Under the pieces are notes generated by a model. That model worked only from the letters and a program-made list of their open reading frames with translations. It was not told the DNA's origin and searched no databases. A stretch of DNA of 63,469 bases, filler included, from Octopus bimaculoides (Eukaryota): the NCBI RefSeq assembly GCF_001194135.2. It is 6 parts of 6 records of this genome, joined end to end, with 100 filler letters (N's around TTAATTAATTAA, not from the genome) between each part and the next. Parts side by side here need not be neighbours in the genome. Positions count along the whole stretch, not along the records: positions 17,670 to 39,796 come from NC_068993.1; positions 39,897 to 40,954 come from NW_026307347.1; positions 41,055 to 55,810 come from NC_068987.1; 3 more parts are not named here. One strand, written 5' to 3'. Position numbers and translations under genes: made by a program. This document shows positions 39,738 through 51,999 of this stretch, piece after piece (the stretch's first letter is position 1; every line of letters begins with the position of its first letter).

Positions 39738-40164
39738 CACACACACAAACAGTGACACACAGACACAAACACACACATAACCAAATACATATATATNNNN
39801 NNNNNNNNNNNNNNNNNNNNNNNNNNNNNNNNNNNNNNNNTTAATTAATTAANNNNNNNNNNNNNNNNNNNNNNNNNNNNNNNNNNNNNNNNNNNNTATA
39901 TATATTGGGTATTTTGGTTATCGCATTTACAGTCTTAAGTCTATATTCACAATTAATTATTAATTAACTTAAACATTAATTTTTTTATACCAACTAATTT
40001 AAATTGATAAAAGAGTTGTTATATTGAAGATGTAATTGTAGCAGTTATACGTAGGAGAAGACTTAGATACTTAATTATATACATTTATATACATACATAT
40101 GCTATTGTTGTATGCTGCAAGCGACTATCTTTGACATGAAAGGGTTTCAATTGGTATGTGGTTG

Positions 40165-40372
40165 AAGGCAGCGAGATGGCAGAGTTGTCAGCACGCCGGA
40201 CGAAATGCTTTGGAGTATTTCATCTGTCTTTACGTTCTGAGTTCAAATTCCGCCGAGGTCGACTTTACCTTTCAGGGTTGATAAATTAAGTACCAGTTTC
40301 GTACTAGGGTCGATCTAATCGATTGATCCCCTTCCCAAAAATTTCGGGTCTTTTACCTAGAGTAGAAAAGAA
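40165..40372 (+). mobile_element. SINE family A variant
   Basis: Colinear with 5052-5283 and 21312-21535. Confidence 0.85.
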
Positions 40373-40920
40373 TTTGTATGTATTTGAGATGTAATGAAGT
40401 GAATTTCGATGGTTGTGGATTGCACTTACTTGATTGTATCGTCCATTAAAGTGTTTTTGTTGTTTTTTAATTGTAATTGATGTACGATTGAATAGTTAAC
40501 GCTCACGCTCATAACACAGACGTTTGAATTAATTTTTACAATTCAGCGGAATTTCACACGGAATTTTGTCTTTTTCTAAACCATGACCCTGAAGTGACTT
40601 TATATATAATGGAACTGTGATTATGTGTATCAGAAAAAAATATATAAGTCGAAACAATTTGTTGGCCATTTCTGGTTTTTATGATTATTTATGTTATATA
40701 ATATTATGTTATATTATATTCATAGTATTTAATATGATATTGTAATATAAATAAATTATTGGACTGTCAACAGTATATCTCTATATTATTTATATTTATC
40801 TTTATAATTGAATTATATCAATATTTATATGGTATCCAACTGACGTACCAGTGAACTGGATGTTTAACACACCACTTTGAAGGATTTTTTTTGCTTAGTC
40901 TGTTAATTATATATATATAT

Positions 40921-40954
40921 ACTAGCAGTATAACCCGACCTTGTCCGGGTGTGA
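40921..40954 (+). mobile_element. Possible Helitron/Helentron-like terminus running into a gap
   Basis: actagcagtataacccgaccttgtccgggt after (TA)n, with an acccg..cgggt hairpin; family call rests on recalled similarity only. Confidence 0.3.
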
Positions 40955-41174
40955 NNNNNNNNNNNNNNNNNNNNNNNNNNNNNNNNNNNNNNNNNNNNTT
41001 AATTAATTAANNNNNNNNNNNNNNNNNNNNNNNNNNNNNNNNNNNNNNNNNNNNTCCACGAGGCTCCGGCAGGGGATGAGTACAAGGGTCGATGTAATTG
41101 ACTGCGTCACCTCTCTCTACTTTGCTATCCTTTTCCCGAAATTTAAAGCAATTATTTTCTTGGTTTTTAAACCA

Positions 41175-41395
41175 GTGAGGTGGCAGAATATTTAATCCGT
41201 TGAACAAAATGCTTAGCGATACATCTTCTGGTTCTTTATGTTCTGAGTTCAAATTTCACCGAGGTCGACTTTGCCTTTCATCCTTCGGGGGTGATAAAAT
41301 ATGTAACAGTTGAGAGCTAGTGTCGCTGTAATCCATTTAACACTTTCCCTTAAAAATTGCTGACTTTGTACCAAAAATAGAAAGAATTATTACTA
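41175..41395 (+). mobile_element. SINE family A, diverged
   Basis: ggtggcagaat..aaaatgcttagcg..gagttcaaatttcaccgaggtcgactttgcctttcatcc. Confidence 0.8.
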
Positions 41396-41997
41396 TTGTT
41401 GTTTGTGTTGTCCAACCTCAGTGCAACTCTGAGTACGCCTGTAAAATGGAAGACATTCTAACAGTGATTATTACATTATAGGACTACATTATCAACTGGG
41501 CTCTTTCTTTAATAACTCAAATTTCTTATAAAACGGCTAAAGTGTTACTGCAAGGAAATTTGCTTGCAACAGCGAACAGACAGATTTCCTTCACTCGAAT
41601 TCCGTTTACGCTGAAGATAGTCCGAATTCATAAAATACAAAGTATATAAAGAAGTAAAAGTGTCAAACCAGATTCGTGAGTCATTGAATAAATGAATTTT
41701 GTAAGAAACAGAATTAGAAAGAACTTAGTCATAACAGTCATAAAAGTTCTATAATTGATTACGCAGAGAGTCAGCAGAAACTAGTAAGGCTACAAGTTTT
41801 AGTCTTTTTTAACAACCATTTATGAATTTTAAAGTAGACCAACAAGTTATCAAAGAAAATGATTTGTAAATATTTTGAAATGTAGGTGTTGGTTGCAACA
41901 AAGTAAATCTCCCCTACTCTGTCCATTACCTTTCTTTTAAAAGTAGAAAAAGAAAAAAAACTATAGCTTTGGTACACGTGTGTGTGTATAGTTATGC

Positions 41998-42235
41998 GAA
42001 GGCGCGTGACCTAATGGTTAGGTTGTGGCAATCACGATCGTAAGATTATTAGGTTTCGACCCCAGTCCACTCAGCTGTAAACGAGCACCAAAAATAGTTG
42101 GAAAGTTAACCCTGCTACTGACCGGCAAGCCGTTCAGGGACGGCGAAGGTGTAATTTGAGTCGCTTATACGCCATGCAAACTGGATTAAATTCCGCTTTA
42201 TAAGTTATAAAGCTTATGAAAGACCAGTGGCTAAG
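41998..42235 (+). mobile_element. Diverged tRNA-headed SINE (V-domain-like 3' part)
   Basis: gaaggcgcgtgacctaatggttagg..ggtttcgaccc head, then actcagctgtaaa and ccctgctactgaccggc..ccgttcaggg. Confidence 0.5.
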
Positions 42236-42237
42236 AC

Positions 42238-42285
<48 letters not shown>

Positions 42286-42962
42286 TGGGGTTTATAAAAT
42301 AACGAGAGAGATTTGTGGGCGTCCTGAGACTGGTGAAATATAAACTGTTAATGTTGTTTAGCCACATTTCAAGTTAGCCTTAAGTAGATTCATGGGTCAA
42401 AAATAAGCTAACCATTATCATCTTCGCATTTTCTGATATTTTACGTTTTGAGTCAGAATCCCTCCGAGGTTAGCTTTGCCGTTCATAGTTTTCAGGGTGT
42501 TATATCCTTATGGATAAACGAATACACTGCAACAGTATAATAAAAATATAATCAAAACAAACGCCAGTAACAACATGTAACGTAACAACAATCTTTTAAG
42601 AACCAACAATCCAACACTGTAAACTTTGAAGTCCAACTTTGAACTTTCAATGCACGAATTGTGGAACTAGCATAAAAATATTTCTTTATTGCCTACACGA
42701 GGCCAACACAGAGGGGCAATACAAAGACAGATAAAAACACAACAGTGGGGACAAAAAAATCGAATGAAAAGGATGAATCAAATAATGAAAGGAAAAATTA
42801 AATGAAGCCACTCGACCCCAAATCCAGGCGACTTTATCTTTGTTATACACTATAACTTACTCTAAAACACTTTTAAACCTAATTAACCACATAGAATCTC
42901 TATAATAAAATCTTTAAGAAGTTTGTTGTAACCTATCGTTCTTAATATACACCTGGTGTCGA

Positions 42963-44400
42963 TTTTTTTTTTTTTTTTTTTTTGCCAGTGAAAATCATTG
43001 TTCTCGTATTCTTCCAGTCTTGATGTGTATTTGGGGCCTACTATCACACAACCATAGTCCGAGGGCGGCTCCCCAAACTCTACAATGATTACCTTTATCC
43101 ACTCATCCTAACTGTCTACCTCCTTAGATTGCTTAGCATGTTTTGCATTGTAAATCATTATACTTTTTTTTATCACAGGCTGGGGGTTGGGAAATTTGGG
43201 GGCTCATGTGTGCTTGTGGTTAATTTGTCAGTGTCAGGTGCGGTAGGGTGAGGGTTGGTGTCTGCAATGGAAGAGCGGGACAAAGTGGGTCTCGGTGGGT
43301 GGGAAAGAGATGGGGGTTATCATTCACAGATTGTGCTTTCTTCCTCCTCTTTCTGCTTCTCTTTCTAGCCGTTTCCCATCCATTCTTTTTCGTTTGGTTT
43401 CTACTTCATCTTTGGGACTAATCTCACTGGTTCCCGTAGGTGCTGGAGGTGCAGTTTCCTTCATCTTCTCCGGAACTTCTTGTGTTCTTACGGGCAGTAG
43501 AGGACAACCCGCTGTAATGTGGCCTTTCAGGCCACATTTGTAGCAGCGAGGAATTCTGCCTTCGACTCTAACCTTGAGTATTACATCGTTGACCATTATG
43601 GTCTCTACGATATTTTACAGGTGCCTCGGGGCTGCCTGGATTACCATATCCAGGCTCTGCCCATGCCAATTTTTATGTGCAGTGCTGGTTGCTTGGAGAA
43701 CCACTGTCATTTCTTCCATGCCCAGCAGTATAGCAGCTACTAGCCAGGCCACATTTATTTCTGGGCTATATCTTCTACCCTTACCCTGGAAGCACGCCTT
43801 CCAAGGTACATTGGCAGAAGTACCACCTCATCAGTTTTTAAGGGAGTTACCGAGAGTAGGCTGGCAGTAGCTTCATCTCGGAACCGCACCTCCACCGTTC
43901 TAAACTTTCTTCCTCTGGGAACGTACGAAATTCCCTGCCAGATGGGTTTTAATGCCTTTTCAATTTGAATTGTAGTCATTAATTCGATTTTCTTGGTTAT
44001 GACAGAGTAAGTTCTATAGATTATCATTTTTTCTTAGGTTTTCTGTAATACTTCTTGGGGAGGGGACACCTTCACGTCGTTCCCCCACCCTATGAAGCAC
44101 GTTCTTGTATTTACCAAGTTCTTTTACATCAATTTCTTTGTTGTGGCTTTTGGCCACGGTCGCAAAATTCTTTTTTTTTTCTTGTCAATCACAGAATTTG
44201 CTTTCAGCAATTCTTCCTCGGAAGAACTCAGATTGTCGTACTCTATTTTAAACACTCCCTGACTTATTCATACCGCTACTATTTATATGTAGTGGTCCAG
44301 TCTATTCTCGCCAGGGAGTATCGTCGTCTTGTACAACACGGAGTCAATAAAGTATGTACCAGTCGAGTATTGGGTTCCATGTTATTGACTATTGCATTCT
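42963..44400 (-). mobile_element. L1/Tx1-like ORF1 (gag-like) remnant ending in poly(A), no ORF2
   Basis: RRM-like ..ISYVPRGRKFRTVEVRF.., zinc knuckle CYKCGLKGHITAGC, low-complexity linker; the frame continues to an A21 tract (T run 42963-42983). Confidence 0.7.
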
Positions 44401-44443
44401 CTCAACATTTCTGAACTTGTACGTATTGTAGAAATAATTATTA

Positions 44444-46196
44444 CAGATTGACAGTCCCTGAGCCGAAATTCCAGGGACCGAAAATCTTGGAAATTTAGTT
44501 TGTTCTTTTTTAATTTTTCTGGATTTCGAAATATTTTTTATATATGCACCTATATAATGAGACAGCTAAGGAAAGGGATCCAAGTTTAAACACAATATCC
44601 ATTTACATTTTATAATATGGCTTATACATACACCCTGCATGTACGAGGGAGTGCTGAATAGTTCCTGGCTTTAGGGGTATCACGAAAGGCCTGGTTGGAG
44701 ACCCAATCTCCAACTTCTTTTACAGGACTTAGAAAAACTGAAGGACCGCTACAATAAGTGTGTGTATCTGAGAGGGGGATATGTTGAATAAAATCATAAT
44801 TAGCTGACCTTCCTGTATTTTATTTTACCCAAAGCCAGGAACTTTTCAGCACCCCCATCGTAGTTTTATATAAATTTATTATAATTTGTTTTTAATACAT
44901 AATAACATCGAAAACTATGATGTCAGTCTCGATGTCATGTTGTGAACAAAAGGTTACAATACAATTAGACCATTCGTACTTTGTTTTTACTATAAATGTA
45001 TTAAGTTTTATGTAAAGTGTAAAACGTGATTATGCAGGTAAATTAAATGAAACTGAAAAATCTCAGCATTTTCTTTTTAAAATAATGTACAAGAAATGAC
45101 GCTAGTCATGTTACACTCATACACGAAGGTAAAATTCAGATCTCACGTTAGAATAACGTTTTGTGTTTACTGTACAAAAAAATAATTAATAATGATCACT
45201 TCTTACAGATTGAAAGATAAATGCAGCCCCAGGCATTACTACTTTGTCAAACCCGAGAAACTTGAGAGAAAAATTACGTTATCGGTAGTATCACTGTAAG
45301 CTGGAAAGTTCAGTAAGTTATCAACATCAACCTACTAAGTTATGTTTTGATCAAAAGGTTACAATACGTAAAGACTTCTGTATAAAAACAAAACATGGAA
45401 AGTGATTACAGGTAAACGTAATTAAAACTGAAAATGTCAGCATTATATTTGTAAAGCAACTATGACGCTAGTGTCATTACAGTGTCTCTGCCTCGTTAAC
45501 GAGGGGTTTTGTCGCAGTGGTCTCTCATTAATTTTATGCATTGACAGTGTTATGAATGCGTACTACCATTGTCGTTTAATAAGTCCATTACGCATTTGCA
45601 CCATACTAACCATGGACAACTTTTTTACTATGTTCACAATGACATCATCATTTTCACTGTTATCATTACTCTGTGTGTTGTTTCCGTGTTTTTATTAACT
45701 TCTGTTTATCACATTCAGCATAGAACTTCAACAGTTTGTCCTTCTGTTTCTTCAGGCCGTAGATAGTCGTTGTTACAACACCAAACTCCTCAGTCAGATA
45801 CTTCACCCTTATATCGCTGTCAAGTTTTTTCCACAACTTAACTTTCCGTGATATAGAAAACACAAATGTTTTCTGTTATTCTTTTCACTAACACTCAGCA
45901 TTTTCAAAAATATCTTCACACTACAAGGCACGAAACGGGCGGTAATCACAATGAGTAAGAAGCAAAGATGTTATTGCGATGACCGCTGACAGCAAACTGC
46001 CACCTACTGGCCAATTTACTTGGACTGGAGAAGTCACATCCAGGGTAGGTGAGGTCATGTGTCATAACGGCACTCAACAACTATACTTGGTAGAATCTCC
46101 CCAAGACTTTGTGGAATTTTCCATTTGAGGCGTGTCATGTCAGCTTTCCCAAAACTTTCGGGTATTTGGAATTTCGGATAAAGGATTTTCAATCTG
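44444..46196 (-). mobile_element. Tigger/pogo element (Tigger4/Zombi-like), internally deleted
   Basis: TA-flanked TIRs cagattgacagtccctgagccgaaattcc / ggaatttcggataaaggattttcaatctg; CENP-B-type HTH (SISRKVKLWKKLD..EEFGVVTTTIYGLKKQKDKLLKF, 45666-45863) joined to a C-terminal remnant; DDE core absent. Confidence 0.85.
44642..44862. mobile_element. Mariner-type MITE nested in the Tigger element
   Basis: TA..cgagggagtgctgaatagttcctggcttt / aaagccaggaacttttcagcacccccatcg..TA. Confidence 0.85.
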
Positions 46197-46819
46197 TATG
46201 TATATATTTTCGAAAGAAAAAGCAATATAATTGTGTGTGTGTGTGTGTGTGTGTATTAGCGAATAAAAATAGCGCAAAAGTTACACACGAAATAAGCGCT
46301 TGGGATTTTTTTATTGTAAGACCCTGTATGTAAAGTTTTGTATAACATTAGCGAGTTAGGTGGTGACATCTGGTTTTTGCATGAATCAGCATGAGCATCT
46401 ACAGGTCATATCTCTATTCATGAATACCTTCTCTATTGGTTCTTTTACAGATTAATTTACTTCTTATATATTCATTGGTGAATCATGATTTGCCTAGTTG
46501 ATAGAAATATGGACGAAGGAAAATACTGTTGCAATCTAATATTGCAGTGAGTTGAAAAACTTCGATGAAATTAGATTATCCGAGCAATTTGTTCACAATT
46601 AGTGTTTAAAATCTAAAACCAACAATTAAGTACGATAACTCAAATACGACCAGTTGGTAGAAATTTTTGAACAATACATATAAATGGGGATTGGTGTGGA
46701 GCTGGTTTTATAAAGTAAGCTGTTAAAAGTAACGGGCATATTTTGGTATTATTCGACCTCTTCGGCAAAGCAGATTCTACTTATAGGGCAAAACTGAACG
46801 TGATCAATAACAATACTCT

Positions 46820-47365
46820 CGTTTACTTGTTTCAGTCATTTGACTGCGGCCATGCTGGAGCACCGCCTTTAGTCGAGCAAATCGACCCCGGGACTTATTC
46901 TTTGTAAGCCTAGTACTTATTATATCGATCTGTTTTGCCGAACCGCTAAGTGACGGGGACATAAACACACCAGCATCGGTTGTCAAGCAATGCTAGGGGG
47001 ACAAACACAGACACACACACACACACACACACACANNNNNNNNNNNNNNNNNNNNNNNNNNNNNNNNNNNNNNNNNNNNNNNNNNNNNNNNNNNNNNNNN
47101 NNNNNNNNNNNNNNNNNNNNNNNNNNNNNNNNNNNNNNNNNNNNNNNNNNNNNNNNNNNNNNNNNNNNNNNNNNNNNNNNNNNNNNNNNNNNNNNNNNNN
47201 NNNCTACTTACCACACAGCCACTCGTACGCCTATGGACTGAACCCGGAACCATGTGGTTGGTAAGCAATCTACTTACCACACAGCCACTCGTACGCCTAT
47301 GGACTGAACCCGGAACCATGTGGTCGGTAAGCAAGCTACTTAACACACAGCCACTCCTACGCCTA
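46820..47365 (-). mobile_element. SINE family B with a tandemly repeated 66-bp tRNA-like head
   Basis: 3' half at 46820-47035; after the gap, 66-bp units start at 47204, 47270 and 47336 (last one partial). Confidence 0.85.
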
Positions 47366-48269
47366 TAATATTTAATTATGAAAATACTATAGAATTTTTA
47401 AAAACAGAATTGGTTTGAGGGTCCATCCGAATAAAATAAGACTTAAAGAGGTAAATAATGGTTGAGAACCACTTGTGTAGTCGATTAGATTAAAGCCCGT
47501 ACTTGGCTTGTTCTTATTTCATCGACACGGTCAAGAATAGCGACAATTTTGACAAGATTTTCGCTCTGAGAAAACAACTACATAAGACGTTAAAGTCCGG
47601 CATTCTACTCATTTTTTAACTTTGTAAAACAATATTAATGACATGTTGATCTATTTTTCTATAACTAAGTTGGCTCGTTTCCTATTTACTTTCTACAATC
47701 TTTACGTACATACGTGTCTGAGAGAAAATGTAAGAGAAAGGTTGTGTATGTGTATGTGTGAATGTGTCTGTGTGAGTGTGTGTGCGTGTGTGTGTCTGTT
47801 TGAGTGTTTGTATGTGTGTATGCGCGCGCACACGAATGTATCTGTGTGTGAATAATGTGGACGGCACGAGACATAACGAGATATTACGCAGATGTCAGAG
47901 AGCTCACGAATGGCGTCTATGTCAACAAACGGATACGAGTAGTTAGGTGACTTAATAACAGGATGCTATAGTGACAAGTTGGTAAGATGATGGCAATATC
48001 ACGCAAGGTATATGGTGAACGTTAAATAAATAAGACATAAGCTCTATAACGCTCGACACACATTTCTTTCATCGTCGGAAAGCCCCAGGTATTTTTTTAA
48101 TGTGTGTTTTATGCCTTTCTAATGGCTGCCGTTGTTATTGTTGATATTTAACCCTGAGGTAACTTTGATGACGCCGACGTATGATCAAAAGTGATTATGC
48201 CGTCACCATTCTGTTTTGTTTAATCTTTTTTTCCGGATGTGTGTAATTGTTATTTTTCCCCTCTTATAT

Positions 48270-48690
48270 AAAGGATAGCTTGATCCAATGTGCACATTTT
48301 AAAGGAAGGTAAGGCTTGTTTTTACTGTACGGTTACAGTACTGAAAGAGTGTATATGGAGGACTAGAATGGAAGGTTTTGTGACAGGGACCTTCGTTTCT
48401 GGCCCCGGTTTGCTATATTATTTCAGGTACCATTTGAAAAGCAAGATAGGGTTGGAGAGGAAGACCCTGCCACCGAGTGAATACGAAAAACGAAGGAAGG
48501 ATGTGGTGAGAAAGATGGGTGTCAGTAACTCAGCTTAATCATCGAAGAAAGGAAAAACGAGTTGCTGGACATTATAGGCTGCCGGGTTCAATCGTGTGAA
48601 CCTGCTACTTTGTATAAGTTTTATCACGAAATGACTTCTAGGTTTGTTTTTTTAAAAATGATAATAATAAATAATAAATAAATAAATATT
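48270..48690 (+). mobile_element. L1/Tx1-like ORF2 C-terminal fragment with 3' UTR and A-rich tail
   Basis: KECIWRTRM..LLYYFRYHLKSKIGLERKTL..YEKR resembles the Tx1 ORF2 end; tail ataataataaataataaataaata. Confidence 0.6.
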
Positions 48691-49099
48691 AAAAACACAA
48701 AATATTCTCGTTTAAAAGGCAAAAGTAAGCCAATTTTTCATTTCAAGGCTAAAGTAAGCCAGTTTTCCGTTTACTCATAATTAAATTTTTAATGTATCAT
48801 TCGAACTCACATAGCCTTTTTGTATTTGTCTGTCCTGTTATGTCCATTTCTATGTATGATCTTATGATTGTAATAAAGATTCATTTTATTGATGGTGATA
48901 GCGTGATGTGAGGAAGATTTGACTGGTATTTCTAGCTGGTCAAGCAACTTCGTTTGGGTTCCCACGTTAATCTGATATCTACAAGTTGATTACTTCTGTA
49001 GAGTTATCATCAAACAATCGCAAATGTCCTATTAAGTCCTGAGTTCGAATACCGCCGGGGTTGACTTTCTTTGACAAGTCTCTTAATCCCTTAGGGTTC

Positions 49100-49252
49100 G
49101 TTGGGACACTGCAGCCATGTAGCGTACCTAGGGCGAGAAAGCCTAATGGAGCCCACCCCTCTCCAGGTTAAATTCATTTCTACAGCTGAGTGAACTGGAG
49201 CAGCGTGAAATGAAGTGTTTTGCGCCCTAACCACTAAGCGACGGGCCTCCAC
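49100..49252 (-). mobile_element. Diverged, internally deleted tRNA-headed SINE
   Basis: ggaggcccgtcgcttagtggttagg head and gctccagttcactcagctg..aaatga core, shared with the 3020 copy. Confidence 0.5.
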
Positions 49253-50809
49253 ATCATTCTGGTGTCAGTAAAATGGCATTCCGACACATGTGTTCTCCCT
49301 TCAACTGTGTTTCCTTATAAATTCCAGAAAAATGGATATTTTTAATGAAATTTTCTACAAATACGAGGAGTGGCTGTGTCTTACTGAAGTGGCCCGATGA
49401 AGAACCAGCGAGGTACTTAAGTGAAGCACGGAGTCTGGTCGGGCGGTAAAATGTAAGAGGACGAGTGCCTCCTATTGAAAGGGCTTGTGGCCCATACAAA
49501 GAAAAGTGTAAGAGGCAAGTGCCTCATTTCAAAGACATGATAAATTGAAATTGTAAAGTAAGAGGTTTATAGCCTCAGATTGTAAATTTATGTATAAATT
49601 TATAAAAGAACAATGATTTAGAGAAGCAGATTTCGGCGGGCGGCTCCTGTCTTCTCCCATTAATACCATCTTACTCATCATCCATCTCATCTCATTAATG
49701 TGTTTGTCCAGCCCGTAGCTACTCCTCTGTGTACTGCCTTTATGGCAAATTGAATGAAATAAAGTAGCTTNNNNNNNNNNNNNNNNNNNNNNNNNNNNNN
49801 NNNNNNNNNNNNNNNNNNNNNNNNNNNNNNNNNNNNNNNNNNNNNNNNNNNNNNNNNNNNNNNNNNNNNNNNNNNNNNNNNNNNNNNNNNNNNNNNNNNN
49901 NNNNNNNNNNNNNNNNNNNNNNNNNNNNNNNNNNNNNNNNNNNNNNNNNNNNNNNNNNNNNNNNNNNNNNNNNNNNNNNNNNNNNNNNNNNNNNNNNNNN
50001 NNNNNNNNNNNNNNNNNNNNNNNNNNNNNNNNNNNNNNNNNNNNNNNNNNNNNNNNNNNNNNNNNNNNNNNNNNNNNNNNNNNNNNNNNNNNNNNNNNNN
50101 NNNNNNNNNNNNNNNNNNNNNNNNNNNNNNNNNNNNNNNNNNNNNNNNNNNNNNNNNNNNNNNNNNNNNNNNNNNNNNNNNNNNNNNNNNNNNNNNNNNN
50201 NNNNNNNNNNNNNNNNNNNNNNNNNNNNNNNNNNNNNNNNNNNNNNNNNNNNNNNNNNNNNNNNNNNNNNNNNNNNNNNNNNNNNNNNNNNNNNNNNNNN
50301 NNNNNNNNNNNNNNNNNNNNNNNNNNNNNNNNNNNNNNNNNNNNNNNNNNNNNNNNNNNNNNNNNNNNNNNNNNNNNNNNNNNNNNNNNNNNNNNNNNNN
50401 NNNNNNNNNNNNNNNNNNNNNNNNNNNNNNNNNNNNNNNNNNNNNNNNNNNNNNNNNNNNNNNNNNNNNNNNNNNNNNNNNNNNNNNNNNNNNNNNNNNN
50501 NNNNNNNNNNNNNNNNNNNNNNNNNNNNNNNNNNNNNNNNNNNNNNNNNNTGAAAAGAAAAATAGTGAGCACACACGCACACATACATACATACCGATTT
50601 CTTTTCGAAATTTCAAGTTTCATTTTGTAGTTATATGTGAATTGTATCAGTATGTATGTGTTCAAGCCAACCATATTCTTTCTTCATATTAAATTCCGAT
50701 ATAATCGTAATCTACACACTTTGAAAGGTATTTATAGAAAATTTCATAAAAAACAAATTATCCATTTTCATGAAAGTTATGCGTAAAGAAACCTGTCTCG
50801 TGTGAATTT

Positions 50810-50928
50810 TCCGAAGCAAAGTGAAGTGGTTTGCTCAAGAACACAACGCGTTGCCCGGTCCTGGAATCGAAACCACAACCTTATGATCGTGAGTCCAACA
50901 CCCTAGCCACTAAGTCACGCGCCTCTAC
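50810..50928 (-). mobile_element. tRNA-like SINE head fragment
   Basis: agaggcgcgtgacttagtggctaggg..ggtttcgattccagg (A and B boxes). Confidence 0.7.
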
Positions 50929-51999
50929 ATCATAATAGTTTCAATAAAATAGCATTCCTATACATGTATCCCCACCCACCGGCTTTGTTTCCTCATAACT
51001 CGAAAAATTTTTTTCATCATATATTCCGATATAATCGGAATCTACATCATATTTGTAGAAAATTTCATTTAAAAATATTCATTTTTCCGGAAGTTTTGAG
51101 GAAACAAAGTCGGGGGAGCACACATGTGCAGGAATGCCAATAAAATACCAGTGTTGTACGAAGGCAATGACTCTCAGCCTTCAGCCTTTTGTAGCTCAGC
51201 ATCCACTATTATTGAATGGCACTTTACAAACGACACCACACCGTATTTTGCGCAAAAAATAAAACACAGCATTTGTTTTATTAACAAACAAACTAGTTTT
51301 ATGTAATGTTGTTTTCCCCCCTCACTCAACATGTTCCTCGTTTTAAATATTTACTGGTCCCAGCGCCTCTTATATTACATTTTCATGGAAATTACCAAAC
51401 AAGGCGAAGATTTATATGCTGAAATTAAATTTTCTTTTTTTCATTTCTACTATTTTTCATTTTTTTTTTTTTTTTCATTTTATCTAGTTTCAGCTCATGA
51501 GCTGTGGCCATGCTGGGGCAAGGTTTTGAAATTTTGGTGGGGATTACATCGAACCCAGTGCTCGATTGTTACTTTATTTCATCGATCCTGCAAAAATGAA
51601 AGGCAACTTTTCCTGAGAAAACGATCACATATGTCAATATTCCCCTTAAAATCCATGGATTTTGCAAATCATATTTGTAATATCCTATGGACGAGGAATT
51701 CAACTAAAGCATAGAGTTTGTAGAAACTTACGTAGCTTATACATTTACGAATTTCCATCCAAAAGTTCTTATTACTACACACACACACACATATATGTAT
51801 ATTTGTATTTATGTGTGTGTGTGTGTGTGTGTGTACACATGTACACCACGCATTTTATCAAACTCCACAGAAGACATTGGTTGGCCTGGAGTCACAGTAA
51901 AAGACACTCGCCAAAGATGCCACACAGACGGAATGAAGCCACAACCACGTGTATGTAACAGTATGTTGGAGTGTATTATCTAGTATATACTGTCCTTCT

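Noticed and set aside
47204-47365. CRISPR-like regular repeats (also 61127-61192)
   Set aside because: Head-to-tail units with no unique spacers, no cas genes, in eukaryotic DNA.
49250-49750. GC-richer non-repeat stretch with several open frames
   Set aside because: Plausible splice sites on both strands but no consistent model or recognisable motif; cannot be supported from sequence alone.
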